From NCBI GenBank assembly GCA_051362555.1, contig CM120641.1, forward strand, positions 25,798,401-25,862,400: a stretch of DNA of 64,000 nt. The letters are read 5' to 3'. Both the position numbers and the translations under genes were made by a program. The DNA comes from Lingula anatina. Lineage: Eukaryota > Animalia > Brachiopoda. Below are positions 38,201-50,136 of the stretch, piece after piece. Positions within the stretch are counted from its first letter, which is position 1. Every line of letters begins with the position of its first letter. Below the pieces are notes generated by a model. It was not told the DNA's origin. It searched no databases and saw only the letters and a program-made list of their open reading frames with translations.

Positions 38201-41200
38201 TACATAATTCTGTCATTGATAGGAAAGTAGATACAGTGCTTGTACATGCTTGAACTGTAGTTGCCGTCATTTCTGTGGAAGCAATTTGTTTAAATTATCT
38301 GTCTCGTTGGAAATATTTGCAGTCAAAAGAGTTCTCATTTGCACACCGTGATGGCCACAGATAGCCGAGAAGAGTTTGGGATGAATGTGTCGGTAAAGTT
38401 GAGGGCAATTGCTAATGACACCAATGTAGAGCACTTTTCCTGCGCAAGTCTTAATTGCTTGCCTTTTATTGTTTTCGATGCTATATTGGCCGTTTTTGTC
38501 ATGGTGGCTAATGGTTTCGTGATATTTGCGTTTGGAAAATATAAAGAACTTAGAGATAAGACATTTTTTGGAATTGCCAGCCTTGCCGTAGTCGGTTTTC
38601 TCACTGGCAGTGTTTGCATTCCGCTCAATCTAGTTGCAGCCTATATGACAGAGGAAGGATCAGACTCACAATATCTTTCTACCAACAAGTATTTTTGTCT
38701 ACTAAAAATATACATTAACATGATCGTTGTGCAGATTTCTATTATGCACCAGTTGTTTATTGCCACTGAAAGATACTTGAAAATCTGTCGGCATGTGAAA
38801 TATGTAACAGTGATAACAGAAAAGAAGATCATTACAGCAATTGCTTTCTCGTGGCTTTATCCGATGGGCCTTTGTCTCCCACCACTTTTTGGTTGGAATA
38901 CATGGTCTCCGGGTGTGGAATGTACGGCCCGTTATGTCGAACAGGAATTCTTGACAACATTGGTCGTCCCACATTTCCCCGTTTTAATTATAATACCATT
39001 TGGTTTTTATGGTGCAATTCTTCGGCGCGTTAGACGTCAGAAGATGGCAGTTAATGCGCTTAATACGAACACAAATAAACAGCAGTGCAATGACATCGAA
39101 CAGGAGAAGTTGGATAATCGGCTGATCATAAAAAATGACATGAATAAATCCTTGGACGAAGCACAGCCGTCAACATCGAAGGAATCTTTTCCTTTAAACA
39201 AACCGAATTTGGTTTTCTTTAAAAACCCAACATTCATAGAATCATTAGAGGAAGTGCCACCACCAGAGATTAAATTAAAGGGGAAAGGAAAAGGACCTGG
39301 GAAGTGCTCGAATCCGGCTCCTAAAGTGGTCCTGCCTTCTCCACCTAGATCCAATGATCCAGATAGATCGGAACAACTCCAGAACAAGAAACAAACGATA
39401 AAAAAAACCGACGTGAAACTTTCAAAGATGACAGCGATCACATTAGGAGCGCTCTTAGTCGTTTTACTACCCAGTCTAATTCTTAATCTTGCTAGAAACC
39501 TTTTCGAAAACAATACTTATGCTTTCAATATTCTATTAAATATAAGTGTCAAATTAGCAACAGCCGGCTCAATTATTAATCCAATTGTATATGGGGTATT
39601 GAATAAGAGGTTCAGGGCGGCATTTCTTGCTCTTCTTAAATGTAGAAGAAATCCAGTAATATAGCTGTTCAGTAATTCATAATTGTATTCGAAACATTTA
39701 AATTAGGCGGAATAGGGTGTTAAAAATGTAAATAGAAGTACAGTAGCACCTTTGAATGATTTTGATATTAATTTTTTGTATTGACAAAAATGACTTATAA
39801 TTGAAATGGACGTTGCAGACCCCCGAATCTTGGTATGTAACCTTTGAACTTAAAGAAACATATCGGTCACGTGTTCCACTGTTCAATACAAGGTATACAT
39901 TGATTTTCTTTATGAGTTTTTAACAAGACTTTGTTTCCGAATGTGTCATCATTTTTTGTGAGTGTGTGTGTGTGCAAAGGGGCTTGTATAGCTTCGATTG
40001 AGTAAAGGGCATTTGAAAAAGAAGTGCAAAGAAGTATCGAAGGCACCTCAGGGGCAGTGTACATGTAGGCCTACGTCTATTGTAGTCCAATTGTGCCGGT
40101 ATAGTTCTGCATTAAATAAACATCCAACCCTCGCTCTGTTGGGCATTTTTCTTGACTTCAGTTAAGATGTTTGTTGAAAAGTTGAAAGAGATCCTGCGAT
40201 AACGTTATTTCGAAAACGAATTCTTCAAAGAAGAGATCGAAAGTAATGATTTAGCAGCGGAGGAGAGCTCATTCCACGAAGACATAAGAAAGTAGTTAAC
40301 TGGAGTACAGAGGTATTTAGGGGTATTTAGAGTGAAGCCTATTGGATAATATTCTCTCGTTATTCATACTAGCAAAATTTAGACTGCGCTCAAGGGATCT
40401 TTCATCCTCAGTTACACATGTATTTTTTTCACAGTGCTTGGTGACGTAGGTTTTGCAATTTACTTTCTGTGAGATTGCAGTTTTGTTTGGTGTAAACATT
40501 TGACAGTGCCATGTCACCGTACCGCTTTGCTAATCATGGATGTAAGTGAACTGAAGATTTTGGTAATGGCGAAAATAGCTAAAAATAATGCCTTGTGCAA
40601 AAACACGTTACGAATGTTTTTTTTTTTCAATTTCTTAAAGACCCGGCGACACTGCAAAAGTCGCCACAAGCTGTTCATTAAGATTTTTAAAATATAAACA
40701 TTTAAGACATTTTTGAGACATTAAACAGCATAATCGCTTCCAAACAAGTTGCGGATTTTCTACTTTAGTAAAAATAAAATAGATCGATTGTAGAATGTGA
40801 GATGGTGCTGCGAGCGACAGTAACGAAGGTTTAAAATTTAGTCCGTTTAATTCCGTTTGCCTTTCAACCGTTAAGTAAACTAACTGAAAAAAGTATCCAA
40901 CATTTCCTATCTCTTGAGACAACCATAGCCGTAGCTGAAGAATACATGTTTTACCTTACTAGCCCATGTCATTCTAGATTATATAACATTTGGTAACATT
41001 GTTTCGGGAACCTGTCTGGTCCCATACATAATAATTTCAACCAACATTTAATGCTACGCGTGAGATAATGCACCGTCAGATCCAGCATTTGATGCGGAAC
41101 TTGGAAATATTCACAAAATTTTATTTGCACTATCTCAATTACCTCAACATAATTGGTACCCCAAATCTCAGATATGATATGATAATATGGAGCGAGTTCT

Positions 41201-44200
41201 TATACGCTAATACCACCAGCCTCAGGCACCCTTTTGTTTTTCATTTCTTTTACTGCCTTGGTGACTTCTTCCATTTCAAGGTGATTATTAAGTTCAGGAG
41301 GGTCATCATTGACACAGTGCTCACAATAATAGTCATGCTCTTCCAAAGCTTGATGTTCCTCCTTAAATATTGAGGTTCCTGTAGCCTGTGGGTTATATAC
41401 ATGTAGTTGCTGAAAATATTCAAACCACCGGTCACTAATTATGGCACTAGACGACGAGCACCTTTCCCTTTGATTAATTTCTAACATAAAAATGGATCTT
41501 TTAAATGTTTTCAGTGTTTTGCTGCTGCATTGTTTTCCACTTATTCTTTGTTTTACGACATATCTCTCTATATGGATTTTTTTTTTTTTTGCTTTCCAGT
41601 AGCTACCTAGGTATGTGTCGTCATTAGTGCGTCTGAATTTTCTCAACAGCGAATTTTTTTTAACTCTTTGCAAATCTGTATTTATTACCAAACCAACCAT
41701 TATCTAATGGTCTAGGCACTTTGTAGGTCATTTTCACATCACCCGCCGCTCTTTGCATCATGCCCTCCATAATTTCCGCTACATTATTAATGTTTTCGTG
41801 CACATATTCCTCGAATTCATTAAGTATAGTCACTGACACATTATCGCTTAGTTTTCCGAGAAATCCATATTTTCCAGACTCACCCCAGACAAACTTGGAA
41901 TAGGGTGTTAGGTTTACTATGGTACTTGCATTCTCGGGGGAAATGATGAAAATATAAACGTAATAATATTTGTTACAATCCATATAAAATGTTCAGTAGA
42001 CTTTACAGGGGTAAAATGAACAGAATAAAAGGAATATTTGCCGTTTGTTGTTGATGAGCCAGTTGGTAATTTTATCCATAGACGGTTTACTGACTCACAC
42101 CTTGAAAACGGGTAGTGTGGTCCGATCTACCGGTGAATTCGGGATCATTCGGTGCCGAGTCTGGTAGTTGGGTAGGCCTGGAATAGAAAAGTTGTCTTTT
42201 TCATACATGTTCCGCTCCATCAATTTCGATAAAGTCTTTTTACGTTCCAGTCTTTGCATTCACACCTTCTACTAAAATAAAATATACTTTGTGTCAAGTC
42301 CTGTAACCTGCTTGTCTAATAGCAGGGAGACAGTGTCTAATTTAGGGTTTTTGATTACTTTAAACTATTTACTAAACGCTCTTTAACATATACTAATATT
42401 CCACCATGCTAATTTACCTCTCTACAATAAGCATAACATAGATATCCTGATAGCCAGTCTTTCCATTCCGATATATCATAAACCCGTCTTTCTACCAGTG
42501 CTATGCCAGGCCTACCCAACTACCAGACTCGGCACCTAAGGATCCTGAATTAACCGGTATATCGGACCACACTACCCGTTTTCAAGGTGTGTGTCAGATC
42601 GCATTTCGGAGTATCAGCCAGAACACCGACAGGATGAGCCCTGGCATGCTCGGCTGTCACCTTGATTGGATAGTAAACGATTGTCGTAAAATCGCCATAT
42701 GATTTTAAAACCGGGTGCATAAATTTGAAAGCCACCTAGATGCACCTTAGACTGCCACATTAATCTAATACAATGCAAAAAAGCCCTATCAAAAGTGGTT
42801 AAAACATTCAAACCGAATGTCGTAAAGTCCCCATATATCCCCATAGAGACAATGAAATAGAGTACTCTAAAGTAAGAGTACAGTTTAAGGTTGTTCAGCC
42901 GAGCGTGGATGAGCCCGCAGTCGTGCTACAAAATTTGTTCTGGGGTATGATACTCCGATATGCGATCTGACACACACCTTGAAAACGGGTAGCGTGGTCC
43001 GATATACCGGTTAATTCAGGATCCTTAGGTGCCGAGTCTGGTAGTTGGGTAGGCCTGTATGCTGTCGTTCTTTCTCAGAGATAGTTTTGATTTATTTTCA
43101 TTTTTGTGCTTTCTTATTCCATGCGCGTTTCAGTAATGTACCAGTAGTAGCTTCCAAAAATTGGTTTAGAAACTGGGAAGTTTAAACTGAACATGAATTC
43201 ATCTAGTACAAAGTTTAACTTTTATCAGAGAAACCATTCATTCAGTAGAAATCGCTCATTTTGCCTAATAACCTGTCAGTTGCAACTACGGAACCGCCAC
43301 GGCATGGCACTGTCTTATTTGAGAGTAAATAAACTATTTTTCTGTTAAGGATCCAAAGATCGAAGCCCGACTCTTCTGTCAGTACAAGAAAACCCTGGTT
43401 CCTATTCGACCAGTAAAAGAGGAAGTTCTGTACCTGGACCCCAGGGTTAGCATTTTCTATGACGTCATCACGGATAAAGAGGCGGACATCCTTATGGAAT
43501 TGGCCAAACCACGGGTAGGACATGTAATATGAATAACGTGAAAATTAGACGTACATAAATTATTCCTACCCTCTTTTCATTAATCTTAAAACGTGCCGCA
43601 AAATATAGGCAATGTCAGACATTCTATAAAAGTCTCAGTACTGTGGATAATTTTTAGAAACCCCGTAGATAATAGATTAACAAGCTCAAATAATGGAAAG
43701 AGAACAAATTCAAACCACATTGCCATAAGAAATTCTCCAAGATATAAAATGTCTTGCCGTTACATTTTCGGTAGTATATTTAATTGTGTATTTTAAATAT
43801 ATAGAATTGATGTATATTTCAACAAGCGACTATGTGATCTTCAGCTGCAACGTTCGGTAGTCGTGAATATCTCAGGAGAAAGCCCTTCCAGGGAACGTAT
43901 CTCAAAATTGTAAGATGCAGTATATTTTATTGCCACGTACAACAATAGCAAGCTAATTCCCTTGTTTCATTTTTTTCCTTTCACTTTTGTTCTGTTATCT
44001 GGCACATTTTGGACAAGCTAAATAGTGAATGAAGGTATTTCTTATCTTTTGTTTGACACTGATAAGTTTTTTTTTATTATTTTCTGATTATCACAATGGT
44101 GTCTTCGCAGCTGTCGCGTTCTATGGTGGGAGAACCATCCATCAAGGCCAAGTCCGAGCAAAGGATAAGCAAGTTGTACATAAAATATTGAATACATCTG

Positions 44201-45112
44201 CTATCAGGAAACACTTTAATTGGGCTTTTTTTCGTGATTTGCTTTTCTTAAAAAAATGTAACGAGCACAATATGATTGCTAATGTAGATATTTAAGTGTT
44301 GGTCAATCTTTGTTACAAGAGATTAAAATAAATTTTTTATATATCTCGATTTGCTACATGAGTTAGGATATATAATAGTCGATAGGAAATTTCCGTTAGG
44401 GATCTGTTTATTTTTTAAAATCCACTATACCTTGCTTGCATAGATTGTGTATATTTTTGTGTGGTAAATTACATAACTTAACAGATTCAGTATCAAAATA
44501 ACAAATCGACTCAGATAACCCTGAATCTTCTTTCTATTAAATAGACAAAATGTACCAACTCACAAGCAGCATGTACGTCGAAAATACGTGTAACCCAAGG
44601 TGAAGTTTACGTGGTACATGTATATCCAGATCTCGCGTTATTAGCATCATGCTTCTGCTGCTTCAGAACACTAGCTTAAGGGATTCAGGGTGTTAACGGG
44701 ATCGCATATTTCTTTTCATGCCTTTTTGCATTGAAAAGTTGGTCAGTTTTATTTTACATTTTTTGAGCTTTAGCAAGGTGTTAGGTTTTTATCATGCATA
44801 TTTTATTTTACTGCGTTCACTAATCTGCTATCGTTCAGTTACTTAATTATTCATACAGATCTCCTACACTGTACTCAGTGCGTAAGCATTTCTCTCTCTC
44901 TCTCTCTCCTGTGTGTCATGTAAAGTTAATAAATTAATGAATAAAAATTCTCACATATCTACTTTACGCCAGAGCTTGGCTGTTTGACTGGCATCTGGAT
45001 AAGACGGTGCGCCAGTTAAGTGAAAGAGTTGAAGAAATAACCGGCCTGAGTACAGTTTACAGAGAACGCTCGGCAGACGCGGAGGCGTGGCAGGTCAGTT
45101 GATACTGATTCT

Positions 45113-45180
<68 letters not shown>

Positions 45181-45247
45181 ATTTGATTTTTTATTTACTC
45201 GTCTAGCCACTTAAATCACCGAAATTATAATGAATAGATTTATCTGT

Positions 45248-45299
<52 letters not shown>

Positions 45300-48200
45300 T
45301 AATTTAATGTCTTCAATGAATTTTAGGTTTTCCCTACCCCTAATTGAATTGGCAACTATAAAACTAATCAACTCTATTGCATGCAATTTAATTTCCAAAA
45401 AAGTTTATTAGGTTGTTATCTGATCTTATATGTCATGGATGTAATTTGTTTTAGGCCTATTATAGATGTGTCGGTCAAATGTATGCAGGATGTGTACTTA
45501 CATGTATATAATCAGTTTACAAGTCAAATTAAGGAAGTCAGTTTGTATAGTCACACAGGGTAACTCAAATAAACGAGAAGCCAAATTTTTGGTTATTAAA
45601 GTGTACGTCAGCTTCAAACGTATTTAGAAATGACCCGCTACCTTCAGTGTTGAAACTATATCATTCACCTCGTTCAATCAGTGTAAGATATCAACCTGTG
45701 TCCAGAGCTCTGCCTGGAAGTCCTTTCTTTTATAAGTATCATTGAATTAAATTGGCCATTCCGGTAACCCACCTGGCTTGGAAGGCAATATTATTTAATT
45801 GTACGTATAATTAGATGTATGAAGATATAAAGATGGAAATAGATGGAGAAGAGGTTAAAAGGATCAGTACTTAGGGAGGACACTGTATGCTGATGACTAG
45901 AAAGCAAAATGTGATGTCATGCCATGATTAGCTAGATGATATGGTGACAGGGCACAGTCAAATATTTTACACAAAACACAGCAAAACAGCATTCTCTTAG
46001 GGTGCATTCCCAGAGATTTAGATCGATCCAGAGATTTAGATTTAGATCGACCTAACTCCCTTGCAGTCAGTCGAGCGCGCACCATAGTTAATTACCCCTT
46101 ACAGCTTTTAGTAGGTGGGACAGACGGCTAAGCTGACAGTAATCTAGTGAGACTCCCCACAGGGATAGATCGATCTAAAATCTATGGAAATGGGGTCTTA
46201 GAAGGTAATTTGCAAAACCTTCGTTATCAGGCATTGGGAAATATATACTTGAAGTTGGGAACAAAGCGCATCAGTAAAATAAACGTGTATTTCGTAATAC
46301 TCCTTCTTATTTTTGTTAGCTTTAAAAACGTGCAAATATTATCCAAAAGGGATGTTATTTTTAAAACTTTGGTTAATTAAACCTTCATTACTGAATACGA
46401 AAATTATCCATATTAGCAAAGCGTAAATCAGAATTTTTTTTTCATGTTGTGCACAAAAAGCTTTCTGTCCCCAGAGTTTTAGAAAAAGTAGAATTCGCGA
46501 ATATATCCTTGTCATTCAAATGGAGCTTTATATTGAGAATTTCTAAAATAGAATAACATGAGAAAGAACCATTTCGTTATTTAAAAAATATCGGAAAAAA
46601 AGACACCAAGGTGAGACTGATGCCTTGAGAATGGGTAAAGTTGTTATATATAGTTGTTATATATGTCATTGTCAAATTGTCCATTGTTGCATGTGTCATA
46701 ACTAAGTGGAAATGAAATTAGCGGCAACATTGACACCTTAGTAAAGGTGACAATGTAATGGGATTTTCTGGAAAAAAGCCTTAACAATGAAAGTGATAAA
46801 TATATTCTAGGAAAATGGTACACCTGTGTGAAAGCAATCAGTTAATTGAATTTTAAAACCTGGAATTTTACCGAAAAATATTAATGACGCAAACGGTGCA
46901 CGGGGCTAGGAAGTAGTGATTAACAGTGATAAGTGATACTAAATAAACATTGTACTGATTGAGAATTTGTTTCTAGCAACACAATAAGTTATATATTATG
47001 GCTACTTTTTGCCTACTTCTAACATATTTTCTGCACAAATTTAGTTCGATTAATGGATAAAATTATATGGGTAATATATATGGGTAAAATGGCATTTTTT
47101 TTTATTTACCAGGTTCTTAACTATGGCATCGGGGGTATGTACGAACCACACCACGATTTCTTTGGCGACGATGAAATGTTGAAGAACCTTCCGACACATC
47201 TCCAGGATACTGGGCGCAGGATTGCCACCTGGCTCACATACGTAATTGCAATTTACAAATACCCCACGCTTATAATAAGCAAGGTTGCTAATTTTTCGAA
47301 ATGACAAAGAATTGATATAGTAGGAGAAAGAAATAGAAAGAAATTGCGTTCGATTTGAATAAATGTTTGAATTAACATTATGCATGATATAGCCTAATGT
47401 AAATGACATTGTAATATTAAGATATTAGTCAGTCGTTTTAATATTAACAGTTTCCCCCTAAATCTCAACATCAAAAACTTTCCCTCGAAGATACATTAAA
47501 GAAAGTGGTGGCAAATAATTTAAAATGTAAACATTCTTGCCAGCACTGTGGGCCTACATGTATGTGCAGTTTCAACATTCGCATGTGCTGTTCTATAGAG
47601 GATGGTGTTAGAAAGTGTGTATACAACATTTTCTGATATGATATTTGTTGCGGGTCATCTTTTCACAGTTGACCAGTGCCCAGTCCGGCGGACACACCGT
47701 GTTTCCAGTGATCAAGGTCCGCGTTCCAACTGTCAAGGTACATGTATTTTATATTTTATATTTTATAAAGTGGAGTCTGTTGGGCCGTTTCACATCCACA
47801 AAAACTGACCCTCTGGGTCACGTCAGTGACGCTCGCATTTTGTTTTATTTGCACAACTGTTTAATATCACGTTTTAATTACTGTTGATTTTTTTCACATT
47901 GTAGGGTATTATAGTATGAAACAGAAAAAATAAAGGGGTGAGTCAGAATGATGTAAATATTACACAAAATGTAGGCGTCACTTACTGACAGGTTAGTGAC
48001 ACAGAGAATTTTTTTGCGGAATAGCCCCGCTAGAGATATGCCAAGATCCAATCCGTGTTGGCGTGTATAGACATGGTTGTTTGGAATTTTGATAAAATTT
48101 ATTTTTATAATTTTACGTTATTAAATTATTGTAAAGTGCTGTGTAGGACGTTATTCTATAATTAATTTTATTTTGGTGAAATATTTCCACGCCTACTCAT

Positions 48201-48957
48201 GTGTACGGTAATGTTACATTTATTCAGTATCTGTCACGGTGTTAGAAACACGTGCTTAGTTTTGAGCACTGGGTGTCAGATTCGTATTTGATTAAGGCAT
48301 TGGACTTTTCTGGGGTTTAGAACGCTGCCGCATTCTGGTACAACTTGAAGAGAAACGGAGAAGTTGACCACAGAACCGAGCACGCGGGTTGTCCGGTACT
48401 TCTGGGACAAAAGTGGAGTAAGTAGGCCTATATAACCATTACAAGAGTCGCTTAATATATCAGATAGTCAAACGCGGTTCAATCTGAGCCGTTTTTGCCA
48501 AGAGCGATATTTGACAGTTGTAATATGAAACAGGACCATGGCTCCAGTTTTCACACTACCATAACTCGAGAAGTCTATGTAGGCCAACCTGAGATCAGTT
48601 GAATTTCACTGAAACATTAGGGATAGCCACTGAGTATTAACTGTTTAAAGACTGCTTCTACTTATATGGAAAAAAGTTATCCATTCCGTCTCAAAACAGT
48701 AGTGAGGGCTTTACTTTATTTTTTCAATTAATTTTTAAATGGTTTTCTATTCATTGTTTAAAGAGTTAAACAGTTGCATGGGTCTATGTATAATTTCATG
48801 CAATTGAATGAAAGAACCGCTTACATTTTTCTTTCTAATTTGTTTCCTAAGAGATTTGCCTTGTGTGTTCATTTCAGTCTCAAACAAATGGATCCGTGAA
48901 AGAGGGCAGTTATTTCGCAGACGATGCGGGTTAACTCCCGATGCTTTAGACGAGTGA
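34157..48957 (+). CDS. P4HA: Prolyl 4-hydroxylase alpha-subunit-like gene 2 (542 aa, 12 exons)
   Basis: Exons 34157-34359, 35451-35623, 36268-36602, 36865-36916, 37194-37333, 43350-43514, 43845-43909, 44973-45093, 47113-47241, 47669-47737, 48321-48417, 48878-48957 (1629 nt). NYGIGGMYEPHHDF, HAGCPVLLGQKWISNKWIRERGQ. Confidence 0.93.
34425..34619. mobile_element. PIF/Harbinger-type MITE, copy 1
   Basis: TTA TSD; TIR GACTGCATTCCCATAGATTTAGATCGATC ... GATCGATCTCAAATCTGTGGGAATGGGGTC; sibling at 46000-46197, terminal remnant near 31060-31110. Confidence 0.8.
38094..38123 (+). promoter_or_regulatory. Candidate promoter of the nested GPCR
   Basis: CpG-rich patch with TGACGT (38094), GGGCGG (38108) and ATTGG (38119), about 230 nt upstream of the ATG at 38351. 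Confidence 0.3.
38351..39664 (+). CDS. Single-coding-exon rhodopsin-class (class A) orphan GPCR, 437 aa, nested in P4HA gene 2 intron 5
   Basis: Seven hydrophobic segments; ANG (TM1), TERY (TM3), PLFGWN, INPIVY, helix 8 KRFRAAF; long Pro/Lys-rich ICL3. Confidence 0.93.
   Translation: MATDSREEFGMNVSVKLRAIANDTNVEHFSCASLNCLPFIVFDAILAVFVMVANGFVIFAFGKYKELRDKTFFGIASLAVVGFLTGSVCIPLNLVAAYMTEEGSDSQYLSTNKYFCLLKIYINMIVVQISIMHQLFIATERYLKICRHVKYVTVITEKKIITAIAFSWLYPMGLCLPPLFGWNTWSPGVECTARYVEQEFLTTLVVPHFPVLIIIPFGFYGAILRRVRRQKMAVNALNTNTNKQQCNDIEQEKLDNRLIIKNDMNKSLDEAQPSTSKESFPLNKPNLVFFKNPTFIESLEEVPPPEIKLKGKGKGPGKCSNPAPKVVLPSPPRSNDPDRSEQLQNKKQTIKKTDVKLSKMTAITLGALLVVLLPSLILNLARNLFENNTYAFNILLNISVKLATAGSIINPIVYGVLNKRFRAAFLALLKCRRNPVI
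39850..40450 (-). mobile_element. Decayed CR1-like LINE 3' fragment
   Basis: Broken frames SSWNELSSAAKSLLSISSLK and HCP*GAFDTSLHFFFKCP resemble the CR1 ORF2 C-terminus. Confidence 0.55.
40700..41985 (-). mobile_element. Decayed LINE ORF2 fragments
   Basis: WFEYFQQL...ELNNHLEMEEVTKAVKEMKNKRVPEAGGI (pre-RT region); KCWLKLL..DRFPKQCY and TWASKVKHVFFSYGYG (post-RT region). Confidence 0.7.
42507..43057. mobile_element. Non-autonomous DNA transposon with about 97-bp TIRs and 5-bp TSD
   Basis: CAGGCCTACCCAACTACCAGACTCGGCACC... / ...GGTGCCGAGTCTGGTAGTTGGGTAGGCCTG; TSD TATGC at 42502-42506 and 43058-43062; diverged solo end at 42095-42180. Confidence 0.9.
46000..46197. mobile_element. PIF/Harbinger-type MITE, copy 2
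   Basis: TTA TSD; same TIR and internal sequence (TAGTTAATTACCCC.TTACAGCTTTTAGTAGG) as 34425-34619. Confidence 0.8.
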
Positions 48958-48969
48958 TGGTCACGTGAC

Positions 48970-49362
48970 GCAGTTGGTGTGGTCTATGGCTAATAGACCT
49001 TTCTATATATGAAGACACCCATGTGATGGAGTTTGGTGTAGTCTATGGCTACAGACCTTTCTAGATATGAAGACACCCATTTGATGTAGTTGGTGTAGTC
49101 TATGACTAAAGACCTTTCTATATATGAAGACACCCATATGATGTAGTTTGGCGTAGGCTTTAGCTATAGACCTCTCTAAATATGCAGACACCCATGTGAT
49201 GTAGTTGCTGTAGTTTATAGCTATAGATCTCTCTCGATACTTGGACATATGTCCAAGCTCGATATGAAGAAGACACCCATGTGATGTAGTTGGTGTAGTC
49301 TATGGCTATAGACCACTCTAAATATGAAGACACCATGTGATGTAGTTGGTGTAGTCTATGGC
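48970..49362 (+). repeat. About 58-bp minisatellite (6-7 copies) directly after the P4HA gene 2 stop codon
   Basis: Unit approximately AGTTGGTGTAGTCTATGGCTATAGACCTTTCTATATATGAAGACACCCATGTGATGT. Confidence 0.9.
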
Positions 49363-49993
49363 ATGCGTGTAACGAATAAATTAACGGTTCAAATGTATAT
49401 TTTTTAAAAAGCTGTCTGGGTAGGAGAGTCGAAACCATCATTACTTTTTAAGGGCACGGGGGGGGGGGGGAATGAAAAGGAAGTTATTAAAACAAAATAA
49501 AGAAGTGAAAAATTACAGCTGACCACAAAAATTTAACTGTTTGTTACTTGTTACGCTCCCGACATTTTCTGAAAATTTCATGAAAATCCGACCACTCCTT
49601 TTTCCCATAATGTTGCTACATGTAATAGACAAACAGACACACTGAACAAAATATACCAAAAACGTAACCTCCTTGGCGGGTGTAATTTACCCTCTACCAG
49701 GGCGACAGATTGATTTTCCACAGATATTCACAGATATGTCTCTAGATAAATAGACGGTCATCTGGGTCTGTTGAAGAGGGTAGGTGTAATTATGGCTAAA
49801 AAAGTGCCCCAGCCATTTCAACACCCTGTGACCACCACAGACTTAACTGAACTTGTAGTTATCAACAATATCGAACCTTTATTCCATCGCTGAGTTTCCT
49901 AGTGTACAACGTGCATTGCTGTTAACTTCGTTATCATTAGAGTTAATCAGCCAAAAAGTGGGAAATGAAATTCATTTAAAATATGTAGATGTA

Positions 49994-50136
49994 CCGGTGT
50001 AACGAAACTGAAAGTCCGTATAATGGTTAGGGTTAGTCTGACCTAAGAGGGTCAAAATCTAGGGCGGGGCTCACCTGTACAAATGAATGGGAAGCGGACT
50101 CTCTGTTATGGGGGACTTTCAGTCACTTTACATCGG
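49994..50136. mobile_element. Small MITE flanked by TA
   Basis: CCGGTGTAA..ACTGAAAGTCC ... GGACTTTCAGT..TTACATCGG imperfect TIRs. Confidence 0.55.

Noticed and set aside
39037-39513. 158-aa antisense ORF (and similar shadows at 15426-15848 and 19210-19518)
   Set aside because: Antisense shadows of real coding sequence with no independent features.
48970-49362. CRISPR-like array or short repetitive ORFs (49003-49248, 49160-49441)
   Set aside because: Head-to-tail minisatellite without spacers; the ORFs just translate the repeat.
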